Source: an uncultured Candidatus Saccharibacteria bacterium (GTDB taxonomy: Bacteria; Patescibacteriota; Minisyncoccia; Phycocordibacterales; UBA9973). Taken from it: a stretch of 64,000 nt of DNA. Each line of letters begins with the position of its first letter. Position 1 is the stretch's first letter. Shown piece by piece: positions 1-9,626 of the stretch. A program made the position numbers and the translations under genes. The DNA lies in assembly GCA_964412965.1 (NCBI GenBank), contig CAYPQU010000002.1, positions 26,004-90,003 on the forward strand, written 5' to 3'. The notes beneath the pieces are model-generated. The model was not told the origin of the DNA. It saw only the letters and a list, made by a program, of their open reading frames with translations, and ran no database searches.

Positions 1-1
1 A

Positions 2-1525
2 GATGTTGGGGACAATCGTCACCTTACTTTTTTCGAGATGTTAGGGAACTGGTCTTTAGGAGATTATTTTAAAGAAGAATCAATTAGATGGAGTTTTGAA
101 TTTTTGACTAATAAAGAAGAAGGTTTAGGCTTGGACAAAGATAGATTATATGTAACTGTTTTTGAAGGTGATGAAAATGCCCCCAGAGACGAAGAGGCAG
201 CTTTGATTTGGCAAAAATATTTACCTAAAAATAGAATTTATTATTTACCAGCAGAAAATAATTGGTGGAGTGCTGGGGATAATGGGCCTTGCGGGCCAGA
301 TACTGAAATTTTTTATGACATAAATGAAACAGAGCTTGGAGATTTGAATCATGATGAGTTTGTTGGTGCTGATAACGAAGGAAAGGTTTTAGAAGTTTGG
401 AATAATGTTTTCATGCAATATGAAAAAAAAGATGGTAAAGTAATTGGAAAATTGGCAAAACACAACGTGGATACAGGAATGGGTCTGGAGAGGATTTGCT
501 TGGTATCACAAAAAGCTAAAACTGTTTTTGAAACTGATTTGTTTGCTGAAATTCTCGCTTTTATCGAACTAAAGTCAGGTTTTTCAAATGAACGACTTAA
601 GAGGATAATAGCAGATCATTCTAGAACTGCAGTATTTATGATAGGTGATGGAGTAATTCCTTCAAATAGCGGACGTGGATATGTTTTGCGTCGTATCATA
701 AGACGAATTGTAAGATTTAAAGATCAAATTTGTCCCCAATTAAATTTGTCTCAACTGGCTGATTTGATAATCAAAAAATATTCTCTATTTTATACAGAGT
801 TAAGCTTAAATTCAATTTTGATTAAACAAGAGATTCTAAAAGAAGAAAATAAATTCAGAAATACTTTAGAAAAAGGTTTAAAAGAGTTTGAAAAAGGGAC
901 TGATCCGTTTGTTCTGTTTACAACTTATGGTTTTCCCATAGAACTAACAGAAGAAATAGCTAAAGAAAAAGGATTGAAAATAAATCGAGAAGATTTTGAA
1001 GAGAAAATAAAACAACATCAAGAATTATCTAGAGAATCAAGTTCTCAAATGTTTAAAGGTGGATTAGCTAATCACAGCGACAGGACAATCAAGCTTCATA
1101 CAGCCCACCATTTACTTTTGGCTGCCCTTCAAGATGTAATAGATAAAGACATTAAACAGAAGGGTAGTAACATCACAGAAGAGAGATTAAGATTAGATTT
1201 TAATTTTGACAGAAAATTAACTGAGGAAGAAAAACAAAAAGTAGAAGATTGGGTAAACGAAAAGATAAATTTAAAATTAAAAATGGTTAGGAGAGAAATG
1301 CAACTAGAAGAAGCCGTTAAGATAGGAGCTGAAATGGAATTCGGTGCAAAATATCCAGAGATGGTGTCTGTATACTTTGCGCAAGACGAAAATGGCAGAA
1401 TTTATTCTAAAGAATTCTGCGGTGGTCCTCATGTTGAAGAAATCTCATCTTTGGGACATTTTAAGATTTTAAAAGAAGAAGCCGTTGCTTCCGGAATAAG
1501 AAGAATTAAAGCTGATATTGGATAA
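2..1525 (+). CDS. alaS: Alanyl-tRNA synthetase, 5' end outside window; ends after the editing domain (no C-Ala domain)
   Basis: Frame open from base 2 (DVGDNRHLTFFEMLGNWS); GPCGPDTEIF, DTGMGLER, editing motifs HTAHHLL and EFCGGPHV. Confidence 0.97.
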   Translation, partial: DVGDNRHLTFFEMLGNWSLGDYFKEESIRWSFEFLTNKEEGLGLDKDRLYVTVFEGDENAPRDEEAALIWQKYLPKNRIYYLPAENNWWSAGDNGPCGPDTEIFYDINETELGDLNHDEFVGADNEGKVLEVWNNVFMQYEKKDGKVIGKLAKHNVDTGMGLERICLVSQKAKTVFETDLFAEILAFIELKSGFSNERLKRIIADHSRTAVFMIGDGVIPSNSGRGYVLRRIIRRIVRFKDQICPQLNLSQLADLIIKKYSLFYTELSLNSILIKQEILKEENKFRNTLEKGLKEFEKGTDPFVLFTTYGFPIELTEEIAKEKGLKINREDFEEKIKQHQELSRESSSQMFKGGLANHSDRTIKLHTAHHLLLAALQDVIDKDIKQKGSNITEERLRLDFNFDRKLTEEEKQKVEDWVNEKINLKLKMVRREMQLEEAVKIGAEMEFGAKYPEMVSVYFAQDENGRIYSKEFCGGPHVEEISSLGHFKILKEEAVASGIRRIKADIG

Positions 1526-1567
1526 AAAATTAATATTTTTATTAAATATGTAGTATAATAACTATAT

Positions 1568-2722
1568 ATGGAAATATCCTTCAAAAATAAAAAAGAGAAA
1601 GATAAAATAATTGCTATTTTTGATGTTGGTTCTACTAGTGTTGGAGGTGCTCGGGTTAAGCTGAGAAGAGAAGGAGATAATCGCACTCCTATTGTTTTAG
1701 ATTCCGTCCGCCTTGAAATGAGAGATAATACCGAAAGCTCAAACGAAGAATTAGAAAAAGAGGCTGTGCTTACATTAAAAAAGACAGCCGAGGCTTTGTT
1801 TAACAGAAAGATAGGAAAATTAGATGAGGTGGTTTGTGTGATAACAACTCCATGGAGTCACTCAAAAACCAAGAGAATAAGTTCCTGTAAACATTCAAAC
1901 TTTAAAGTAACCGAGGAATTAATTAACGAATTAATTAACAAAGAGATTTATTCTATTTCAAAAAATTTGGAAGGAAAGGATATCATAGAAAAACTAGTTA
2001 CCGAAATTAGCTTAGATGACAAACCCACAGCAGATCCGATAGGGGAAAGTTGTCAATTCTTGGATTTAAGCCTCTCTTATTCTTTTGCTAATAAAAACTT
2101 TGTAGACAAATCAAAAGAAACTCTGATGAGTGTATTTCATAGTACCCCCATTTCTTTTTCTTCTTTTTCGATATTAACTTATTTAATGATAAGAGATACT
2201 CATCCAGGCAATGAGTCACATTTGATTCTGGATGTAGCCGGAGAATCGACAGATATTAGTGTTATTAACAAAGGTATCTTTGGGGAAAAATTCTCATTTC
2301 CTTTTGGAAAAAAAACCTTGTTAAGAGAGCTTGCCTCAGAATTAAAAATAGAAAAAAGAGATGCATATGAGTTGTTTAAACTATATTACCAAAACAACTT
2401 ATCATTAGGTCATCGAGAGAAGCTTAAAAAATATTTTGAATCGAAAGAAAGATATTGGAGTGAGGAACTTAAAAAATGTTTAACAACCATCCCCAAGTAC
2501 CACAATCTTCCTAGTGTTGTGTTTTTAACAATAGACCCAGATATGAGAAAATGGTTTTTTGAAATTTTCAAAAATACAGAATTTTCTAATAAGATTACAC
2601 TGGATAAGAAATTTGAAATTATAATATTAGAAAAAGAAGATATGGTGAACATATGCGACCTAGAAGAAGGTTGTCACGATCCATTTATAATGATAGAAGC
2701 AATAGCTTTGTCTAGAAAATAA
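1568..2722 (+). CDS. FtsA/PilM-like actin-fold protein
   Basis: IFDVGSTSV and ILDVAGESTDISV phosphate-loop-like motifs, FPFG. Confidence 0.6.
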   Translation: MEISFKNKKEKDKIIAIFDVGSTSVGGARVKLRREGDNRTPIVLDSVRLEMRDNTESSNEELEKEAVLTLKKTAEALFNRKIGKLDEVVCVITTPWSHSKTKRISSCKHSNFKVTEELINELINKEIYSISKNLEGKDIIEKLVTEISLDDKPTADPIGESCQFLDLSLSYSFANKNFVDKSKETLMSVFHSTPISFSSFSILTYLMIRDTHPGNESHLILDVAGESTDISVINKGIFGEKFSFPFGKKTLLRELASELKIEKRDAYELFKLYYQNNLSLGHREKLKKYFESKERYWSEELKKCLTTIPKYHNLPSVVFLTIDPDMRKWFFEIFKNTEFSNKITLDKKFEIIILEKEDMVNICDLEEGCHDPFIMIEAIALSRK

Positions 2723-2724
2723 AG

Positions 2725-4062
2725 ATGAAAAAAATTTTAATGGAAGATATAAAAATTAATAAATCTTTTAGACAAACATCAGTTAGAGAAAAAAAAACAC
2801 CAGGAAAAAAAGAGTTGCCAAAAGAACCTATACAAAAAGTAAAGAGAAGAAACTCTGATGATTCTGATTATGTCCACTACTCAAAAAGAATGAGTTTAAC
2901 TCCAAGATCGTCTGACAAAAGACCAGTGAGGGGTTTTCTAAGAATTATATTTTTATTTTCTCTGGTTGGTGGTATAGCCTATTGGACAGGGGTATTTTTC
3001 AATAGTGCTTACGTAACCATTACGGCTAAACATCAAAACATTGAATATAAATCCAAGGTTTTTAACGCTGACAGAAAGAATGCTGCCAATGTCGTTGATT
3101 TTGAAATAATGATAGAGTCAGAAAAGAAATTAAAAAATTATATTCTAACAGAGAACAAGGAGGTATCTAGTAAGGCAACAGGAACTATCATTCTTTATAA
3201 CGAGTTTAGTACTAAACCAGAAAAATTATCTCAAGGAACATATGTTAGTGACCAAGATGGTAAAACATATCGATTGAATAATACCGTTACAATTCCGGGA
3301 TATAAATTAGATAAACAAAAGAAGATACCGGGCCAGGTAGAAGTTAACATAACTTCTTTTTTGGCTGGTGAAAACTATAATGGAACCTCTGAAAAATTTA
3401 CAGTTAATTCATTTAAAGGTACTACGAAATACAGCAAAATATATGGAAAGCTGAAGACAGAGTTGGTAGGAGGATTGCAAGGTATTGTTTATTATATAAG
3501 CGAGGAAGATAAAGCCAAGATCCAAAACATAGCTGAATCATCACTAAGAGAAGAGTTATACAGTAAACTAAAAGCACTTTTACCTTCCGGATATATTTTA
3601 TACCCCGAAGCTATTAAATTCAGTTATTTAATAGATGAAAACATTTTGTCTGAGACGGCAGAAGCTAAAATACCAATAGAAGGCAAGATTTCAGCTATTC
3701 TTTTGAAAGAAGATTCGTTAATAAAAAATGTTATTAGGGTGTCATTGCCAGAAGCAGATAAAAACGAAATTCCTGAAATAGTAATTAACAATATAAAAAA
3801 TCTTAAATTTAATTTTGTAACAGAAACAATAATTGATAAAGACACAGAAAACTTCCAATTTACTTTAACTGGTAATCTGGAAGCAGTTTGGAATCCTAAT
3901 AAGGAAATAATAAAAAGTAAACTAGCCGGTCTTCACAAAGATATGGTCTTGTCAGTTTTTAGAGAAAATAAGGGTATTACTAAATCTATGGTTAAGATTT
4001 TTCCACCTTGGAGCAAGTATATTCCTAAAAATCCATCTAAAATAAATATAAAAATTCAATAA
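2725..4062 (+). CDS. Membrane-anchored protein with baseplate-J-like beta domain (ATGTIILYNE ... LAGENYN)
   Basis: Basic N-terminus, one TM helix, beta-rich remainder; family assigned from motif recall only. Confidence 0.45.
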   Translation: MKKILMEDIKINKSFRQTSVREKKTPGKKELPKEPIQKVKRRNSDDSDYVHYSKRMSLTPRSSDKRPVRGFLRIIFLFSLVGGIAYWTGVFFNSAYVTITAKHQNIEYKSKVFNADRKNAANVVDFEIMIESEKKLKNYILTENKEVSSKATGTIILYNEFSTKPEKLSQGTYVSDQDGKTYRLNNTVTIPGYKLDKQKKIPGQVEVNITSFLAGENYNGTSEKFTVNSFKGTTKYSKIYGKLKTELVGGLQGIVYYISEEDKAKIQNIAESSLREELYSKLKALLPSGYILYPEAIKFSYLIDENILSETAEAKIPIEGKISAILLKEDSLIKNVIRVSLPEADKNEIPEIVINNIKNLKFNFVTETIIDKDTENFQFTLTGNLEAVWNPNKEIIKSKLAGLHKDMVLSVFRENKGITKSMVKIFPPWSKYIPKNPSKINIKIQ

Positions 4063-4105
4063 GAATTGACGGAATTTGTGATTTTTGTTATACTTTTGGG
4101 ATTAG

Positions 4106-4321
4106 ATGATTAAAAAAGACGAAAATAATATAGCTTTAGGAACTGTAATAGAGGCATTGCCGAATACTTTATTTAGGGTTGACCTAGGTAATGACAAAAC
4201 AGTTCTTTCTTATTTATCAGGTAGGATGAGAATGAACAGAATTAAGGTTTTGATTGGGGACAGGGTTGAGGTCCTTATTGATCCATACGGAGGAAAGGGC
4301 AGAATCGTGAAAAGAATATAG
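4106..4321 (+). CDS. infA: Translation initiation factor IF-1
   Basis: GTVIEALPNTLFRV, SGRMRMNRIKVLIGDRV. Confidence 0.97.
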   Translation: MIKKDENNIALGTVIEALPNTLFRVDLGNDKTVLSYLSGRMRMNRIKVLIGDRVEVLIDPYGGKGRIVKRI

Positions 4322-4430
4322 ATAGCTCTTGCTTATTTTATAAAAATAGTGTAGTATGAAAAGTCGTATGTTCAAACAAATATAAAGGGTTCCAAACCTT
4401 TATATTTGTTGTCATTTTTTTAAATAGATT

Positions 4431-4541
4431 ATGAAAATAAAAGCAGCAGTAAAAAAAATTTGTAAGGACTGTAAAATGGTAAAGCGAAGTGGTCATCTTC
4501 GTATTATTTGTTCTAACCCTAAGCATAAGCAAAAACAATAA
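4431..4541 (+). CDS. rpmJ: 50S ribosomal protein L36, zinc-binding type (not in ORF track)
   Basis: Translates as [36 protein letters not shown]; lies between infA and rpsM. Confidence 0.96.
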   Translation: MKIKAAVKKICKDCKMVKRSGHLRIICSNPKHKQKQ

Positions 4542-4549
4542 TTTTAGAT

Positions 4550-4930
4550 ATGAGAATACTAGGTATAACTATTCCGAATAATAAACATCTAGACGTTGGT
4601 CTAACATGCCTTTATGGTATTGGTATTTCAAGAGCTAGAGAAATATTAAAAGAAGCCGGAGTTGATAAAGACAGAAAGGCAGATTCTTTGTCAGTAGAAG
4701 AAGAAAATGCAATTAGAAAGATAATAGAATCTCTTACAATAGAGGGAACTCTTAAAAGAGAAATTGCTGCTAACATAAAAAGACTAAAAGATATCAAAGC
4801 ATATAGGGGGTTGAGACATATGCACAAATTACCAGCTAAGGGACAAAGAACTAAAACAAATTCTAGAACTGTAAGAGGTAACGTCAGAAAGACAATGGGA
4901 AGCGGTAGGAGAAAAGCAGAAAAAACTTAG
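4550..4930 (+). CDS. rpsM: 30S ribosomal protein S13
   Basis: YGIGISRA, YRGLRH, GQRTKTNSRT. Confidence 0.98.
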   Translation: MRILGITIPNNKHLDVGLTCLYGIGISRAREILKEAGVDKDRKADSLSVEEENAIRKIIESLTIEGTLKREIAANIKRLKDIKAYRGLRHMHKLPAKGQRTKTNSRTVRGNVRKTMGSGRRKAEKT

Positions 4931-4964
4931 AATTTAATTTAATCTTATTATTAACTTAGTAACT

Positions 4965-5408
4965 ATGGGAAAGATAAAAATCGTAACAAAAGAAGAAGAA
5001 AAAATTAGTGATGTCTCTACTGAAAGCACTCCAAAGGCTTCATCAAAAACCCCTAAGAAAAAGATAGTTTCTGGGACTTTGAACGTTGAAGCAACTTTCA
5101 ACAACACAAAGGTGGTATTATCAGACAAAGAAGGTAATGTTTTGTTTTGGACTTCAGCTGGATCTTTAGGATTCAAGGGTGCTAAAAAAGGAACTCCTTT
5201 TGCTGCATCAAAAGCTGGTTCTATAGTTGGTGAAAAAGCAAAAGCAATAGGGATAAAAGACGTAAATGTAATAGTAAAAGGTGTAGGTAGCGGTCGTGAG
5301 CCTACTATTCGTGCATTCATGGCTTTAGATATAGAAATCACTGATATCAAAGACATGACACCTGTTCCGCACAATGGACCAAAACCAAAGAAACCAAGAA
5401 GAGTATAA
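4965..5408 (+). CDS. rpsK: 30S ribosomal protein S11
   Basis: ATFNNT, GFKGAKKGTPFAA, DMTPVPHNG. Confidence 0.98.
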   Translation: MGKIKIVTKEEEKISDVSTESTPKASSKTPKKKIVSGTLNVEATFNNTKVVLSDKEGNVLFWTSAGSLGFKGAKKGTPFAASKAGSIVGEKAKAIGIKDVNVIVKGVGSGREPTIRAFMALDIEITDIKDMTPVPHNGPKPKKPRRV

Positions 5409-5414
5409 AATTGT

Positions 5415-6023
5415 ATGAAAAAAGTCAAAAAGTATAAAATAGGAAGAAGATTAGGTGCTGGTGTGTTTGAAAAATGTCAAACAGCTAAATTTGCTCAATC
5501 AGAAGCTCGCCACGCTAAAAATTCAAAAAATAAAAGAGCAAAACCACTTTCAGGATATGCTCAACAATTTATAGAAAAACAAAAAGTTCGCTTCTTGTAT
5601 GGATTGAGCGAAAAACAATTTTCTAATTACGTTAAAGAAGCTGTTGAGAAAAAAGGAGTATCAGCCATCGATGTTCTTTATGAAAGCCTTGAAAATAGAC
5701 TAGATAATGTTGTTTACAGGTTTGGATTGACTAACTCAAGAAGACTTTCAAGACAAATGGTTTCTCATGGCCACATAACAGTAAATGGGGTTAAATCAAC
5801 TATACCTTCTCACAAATTAAAAGTGGGAGATGTTGTTGCAATTAGAGAGGGAAGCAAAAAAAGTGTTTTGTTTAGTGACATGGCTAACAAAACCAAAGAT
5901 TATAATTGTCCAAACTGGCTAACATTTAACGTGGAGAGTTTGTCTGGTAAGGTTCAAGGTAAACCTAAAAATACCGAAGGCTTTATCGACCTTAACACCG
6001 TGTTAGAGTTTTACAGTCGATAA
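5415..6023 (+). CDS. rpsD: 30S ribosomal protein S4
   Basis: EKQKVRFLYG, LENRLDNVVYR, RQMVSHGH, EFYSR. Confidence 0.98.
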   Translation: MKKVKKYKIGRRLGAGVFEKCQTAKFAQSEARHAKNSKNKRAKPLSGYAQQFIEKQKVRFLYGLSEKQFSNYVKEAVEKKGVSAIDVLYESLENRLDNVVYRFGLTNSRRLSRQMVSHGHITVNGVKSTIPSHKLKVGDVVAIREGSKKSVLFSDMANKTKDYNCPNWLTFNVESLSGKVQGKPKNTEGFIDLNTVLEFYSR

Positions 6024-6086
6024 GAATAGCATATGGTTAATTTTTATAAATAATTTGAGAACACTGTTCTCTTGCATCATATAACT

Positions 6087-7070
6087 ATGTCTGATTTAAA
6101 TATTTTATTACCATCAAAATTCACTATTGTTTCAGAAGATGAAACAAAAGGTGTTTATGAAATTGATGGGCTTTATCCTGGATATGGGTTTACTCTGGGT
6201 AATTCTCTAAGAAGAATTATTTTATCTTCTTTACCGGGTGCAGCTATAACATCTTTAAAAATAGATGGTGTTGACCATGAATTTTCAACAATTGATGGTA
6301 TCAAAGAAGACGTTGTCACAATTCTTCTCCATTTGAAACAAATAAGATTTCAGTTAAACTCAGACGAACCACAAATAGTAAAATTAGAGGTAAAAGGACC
6401 TCAAAAAGTTACCGCTGGAGATATTGCTCTACCTGGCCAAGTAGAAGTTCTTAACAAAGATCTTTATATTGCTGAAATAACAAGTAAAACAAGCCTTTCT
6501 ATTGAAATGACAGTTGAGAAAGGATTAGGTTTTATGCCAAAAGATATACACCAAAAAAACAAGAACGAGGTTGGTGTTATTTCCATAGACGCCATATTCA
6601 CACCCATTAGAAGAGTGTCTTATGACGTAGAAGACATGCGTGTTGGTGATAAAACAAACCACAACCGCTTAAGAATAACAATAGAAACTGACGGAACTAT
6701 TACTCCTAAGTATGCACTGGAGCAATCAATCACTATAATGGTGGAACAACTACAATCTATTGTTGGGCGCCAAATAGAGGCCAGAAAACCAAAAACTGAA
6801 ATTGAATCTGATAGTAGCGAAGAAGTTGAAGAGAAAAAAGAAACAAAAGATAAGGAAGATAATGAAATCACAGATATTCTTAAGACACGAATTGACACAC
6901 TAGATCTTTCTACTCGCACCTTAAATGCTTTAACAGGAGCAAATATCAGAACAGTTGGAGGAATTGCTCGAAAAAAGAAAGAGGATTTGCTTGAAATAGA
7001 TGGAATAGGCGATAAGGGTATCCAAGAAATCAAAAGAGTACTTGGTGAATATGGAATAACCCTTAAATAA
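6087..7070 (+). CDS. rpoA: RNA polymerase alpha subunit
   Basis: GYGFTLGNSLRRIILSSLPGAA, alpha-CTD LSTRTLNAL; ATG 6087 preferred to TTG 6072. Confidence 0.98.
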   Translation: MSDLNILLPSKFTIVSEDETKGVYEIDGLYPGYGFTLGNSLRRIILSSLPGAAITSLKIDGVDHEFSTIDGIKEDVVTILLHLKQIRFQLNSDEPQIVKLEVKGPQKVTAGDIALPGQVEVLNKDLYIAEITSKTSLSIEMTVEKGLGFMPKDIHQKNKNEVGVISIDAIFTPIRRVSYDVEDMRVGDKTNHNRLRITIETDGTITPKYALEQSITIMVEQLQSIVGRQIEARKPKTEIESDSSEEVEEKKETKDKEDNEITDILKTRIDTLDLSTRTLNALTGANIRTVGGIARKKKEDLLEIDGIGDKGIQEIKRVLGEYGITLK

Positions 7071-7093
7071 TTAGTAATAAGTTCAGTAATAAT

Positions 7094-7447
7094 ATGAGAC
7101 ACCATAATAATGTTAGAAAATTCGGAAGAAATAAAAATCAAAGAAATGCTCTTATGAAGGGTTTGGCTCTTGCTCTTATTGCTCATGGAAGAATTGAAAC
7201 AACCGAAGCAAAAGCAAAAGAACTAAGACCTCTTATAGAGAAATTAATAACCAAGGCCAACTTAGGGACAGTAGCATCTAGAAGAATAGTTGTTTCTCGT
7301 TTGTACAATCTTACAAGCGAAGCTTCTAAGCTTGTTGATGAAATAGCCCCTAAGTACAAAGGAAGAAATGGTGGTTATACCAGAATAGTTAAGCTTCCTC
7401 GTCGACAAGGAGACGCAAGTAAAATGGCATTAATTGAATTTATATAA
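7094..7447 (+). CDS. rplQ: 50S ribosomal protein L17
   Basis: MRH..RKFGR, IETTEAKAKELR, GGYTRI. Confidence 0.98.
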   Translation: MRHHNNVRKFGRNKNQRNALMKGLALALIAHGRIETTEAKAKELRPLIEKLITKANLGTVASRRIVVSRLYNLTSEASKLVDEIAPKYKGRNGGYTRIVKLPRRQGDASKMALIEFI

Positions 7448-7448
7448 T

Positions 7449-7799
7449 ATGACAACAAAGTACACAATTAACGCAGAGGGAAAAACACTTGGAAGAGTAG
7501 CTAGTGAAGCAGCCAAAGCTCTTATGGGTAAAAAATTACCTGATTATGTTGCAAATAAAGTAGCTGATGTTACGATTGTAATAGAGAATGCAAGCAAAAC
7601 CAAAACAACAGAAAAAAGACTTTATACTACTCTACACGAAAAATATTCTGGTTTTCCTGGTGGACTAAAATTCAAAACCAACGCAGAGATTATTGAAAAA
7701 AAAGGCTGGAAAGAACTTTATACTTTAGCTGTTTACGGAATGCTTCCAGCTAACAAGTTGAGACCTCTTATAATGAAAAAATTAACAATAAGAGACTAA
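7449..7799 (+). CDS. rplM: 50S ribosomal protein L13 (short form)
   Basis: INAEGKTLGRVAS, YSGFPGGLK, AVYGMLP. Confidence 0.96.
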   Translation: MTTKYTINAEGKTLGRVASEAAKALMGKKLPDYVANKVADVTIVIENASKTKTTEKRLYTTLHEKYSGFPGGLKFKTNAEIIEKKGWKELYTLAVYGMLPANKLRPLIMKKLTIRD

Positions 7800-7806
7800 T
7801 ATTATT

Positions 7807-8223
7807 ATGGAAAAGAAAACAAACACAAAAGAAAATGGATACTACAGAGCAGTAGGGCGAAGAAAAACAGCATCTGCGGCCGTCAAACTAACTAAATCTT
7901 CTAAGTTTTCATATAAAATAAACGACAGGGATTTGGTTGAATATTTCAAAACTGCTGAACTAAGGAAAATAGTTACTGGAGCTTTTGAAACTGTAAACCC
8001 ATCAGAAAAATTTGAAGTTGTAGCAACTGTAAGAGGTGGAGGTATTCATGCTCAAGCAGAAGCTGTTAGGCATGGGATCGCAAGGTCCCTGGTTGTCTTT
8101 GATGAAGAGCTACGCGTTCCTCTAAAGAAAGCAAAAATGCTAAAGAGAGATCCTCGACAAGTAGAAAGAAAGAAATTCGGATTGAAAAAAGCGAGAAAAT
8201 CTCCTCAATGGTCAAAAAGATAA
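7807..8223 (+). CDS. rpsI: 30S ribosomal protein S9
   Basis: GRRKTA, GGGIHAQAEA, ERKKFGLKKARKSPQWSKR. Confidence 0.98.
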   Translation: MEKKTNTKENGYYRAVGRRKTASAAVKLTKSSKFSYKINDRDLVEYFKTAELRKIVTGAFETVNPSEKFEVVATVRGGGIHAQAEAVRHGIARSLVVFDEELRVPLKKAKMLKRDPRQVERKKFGLKKARKSPQWSKR

Positions 8224-8230
8224 AAAGAGG

Positions 8231-8261
8231 AAACCCAGATTTGAAAAAGTCTGGGTTTTTT
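8231..8261 (+). terminator. Intrinsic terminator after rpsI
   Basis: aaacccagattt-loop-aagtctgggttt followed by T tract. Confidence 0.75.
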
Positions 8262-8274
8262 GTATACTAAAGAT

Positions 8275-8904
8275 ATGAATGACGATCAAAAAGAAATAAA
8301 CAAAACTGAAGAAGAATTAAATAAAGATCTTAATCAAGAATTAGAAAATACTCCAGATGTTGATTTTAAAGACATAGACATAGTTGCAAGTACAGAAGAT
8401 GGCGAATCTCTTCCCCCTAAAGATATAGTTAAAAAATTAAGAGAGGATATCAAAAAATTACAGAAAGAAAAGGAAGAATATTTAACAGGGTGGCAAAGAG
8501 CCAAGGCTGATTACGTGAATCTGCAAAAAGAGCTAGGCTTAATAAGAGTACTCACAACAAACATAACCAAAGAAAAGGTAACTGAAAAGTTAATTCCAAG
8601 TATAGATAGTTTTGAGTTGGCATTTCAAGATAAAACTAATTGGGAAAAAGTAGACGAGAGCTGGAGAACGGGAATGATTTCCATATACAAACAATTACTA
8701 AGTGGATTGAAAAGTCTTGAGATAGAAAGAATAGAAGAAAAAGATGTTCCTTTCAACCCCTTATTCCATGAATCTATTAAAATAACAAAAACCAAAGACA
8801 AAGAAAAAGATCATCATGTGGATGAAATCTTTCAAATTGGATACAAGATAGGGGATAAAGCTATTCGCCCTGCTAAAGTTTCTATTTTTGAGTTTGAAGA
8901 TTAA
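8275..8904 (+). CDS. grpE: Nucleotide exchange factor GrpE
   Basis: WQRAKADYVN, FNPLFHES, GYKIGDKAIRPAKV. Confidence 0.95.
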   Translation: MNDDQKEINKTEEELNKDLNQELENTPDVDFKDIDIVASTEDGESLPPKDIVKKLREDIKKLQKEKEEYLTGWQRAKADYVNLQKELGLIRVLTTNITKEKVTEKLIPSIDSFELAFQDKTNWEKVDESWRTGMISIYKQLLSGLKSLEIERIEEKDVPFNPLFHESIKITKTKDKEKDHHVDEIFQIGYKIGDKAIRPAKVSIFEFED

Positions 8905-9443
8905 AAATTCTTCAATAATTCTAGCCTTGTAGCTTCGTCTATTTTGTTTGTGACAAGTATTATCATTTCGGTAGTTAAACCGAGGTCGTTTTTGATATTA
9001 ATAAAAAGATTTTCGTATGGATAAACAGAAATCCAAACAGAATTTTTTACACACACAAAACCAGCTTTTTTTAATAAATAACGTAAAGCTTCTCTCTCGT
9101 TTTTTCTTTCCTCTGGTAAATCTAAAATTACTATTCGCCAATTACCATCCCAGTTTTTCAACATAATAGCGGTATCGTCATTTAGGGCATTGCTGTTAAT
9201 TTTCTTTCGCCCTTCTTCTGATAATCTAAAAAAAGGCTGCCTGTCTGATTGAAAGCAATCTAGAAGGCCCGAGGTTGATAGATTCTTTAGAGAACGGGAA
9301 ATAGCGTATTCTGTCTTGTTTTTAGCGTCTTGGCTTGTTTTAAGGCTATTTAAAGCCTCTCTTTTTAAGTCTTCTAGCGAGATAACATTTTTTCGGGCTA
9401 ATATTTTAAGTATTATTTTTTGAATAGGTGTATTTTTACTCAT
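8901..9443 (-). CDS. PaaX-family regulator (winged HTH plus Cas2-like domain)
   Basis: wHTH ending FRLSEEGRK, then WDGNWRIVILDLPE...LKKAGF...NSVW. Confidence 0.8.
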   Translation of the reverse strand: MSKNTPIQKIILKILARKNVISLEDLKREALNSLKTSQDAKNKTEYAISRSLKNLSTSGLLDCFQSDRQPFFRLSEEGRKKINSNALNDDTAIMLKNWDGNWRIVILDLPEERKNEREALRYLLKKAGFVCVKNSVWISVYPYENLFINIKNDLGLTTEMIILVTNKIDEATRLELLKNF

Positions 9444-9502
9444 CCTGAAGATATTATAACATTTTTATTATTTTTTACAATATTTTAGCGGTCGCAAAAT
9501 AC

Positions 9503-9531
9503 TTGTCAAAAAAATAGCATCGGTGTATAAT
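9503..9531 (+). promoter_or_regulatory. Sigma70-type promoter of dnaK-dnaJ
   Basis: TTGTCA-N17-TATAAT; preceded by palindrome TATTTTAGCGGTCGCAAAATA (9481-9501). Confidence 0.7.
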
Positions 9532-9626
9532 GAGACACAACAGAAAATAAAGAGATTTTAATTAATCTTTTTTCTGTGAGAATTTATTTATAAAAACATT
9601 ATTAATTTATTAATTTAAAATAAAAT

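Noticed and set aside
8901-9443. cas2 of a CRISPR system
   Set aside because: The Cas2-like domain is fused to a wHTH (PaaX architecture); no other cas genes or array in the window
9485-9511. CIRCE element before dnaK
   Set aside because: Left arm matches TTAGCACTC at 7/9 but the right arm matches GAGTGCTAA at only 4/9
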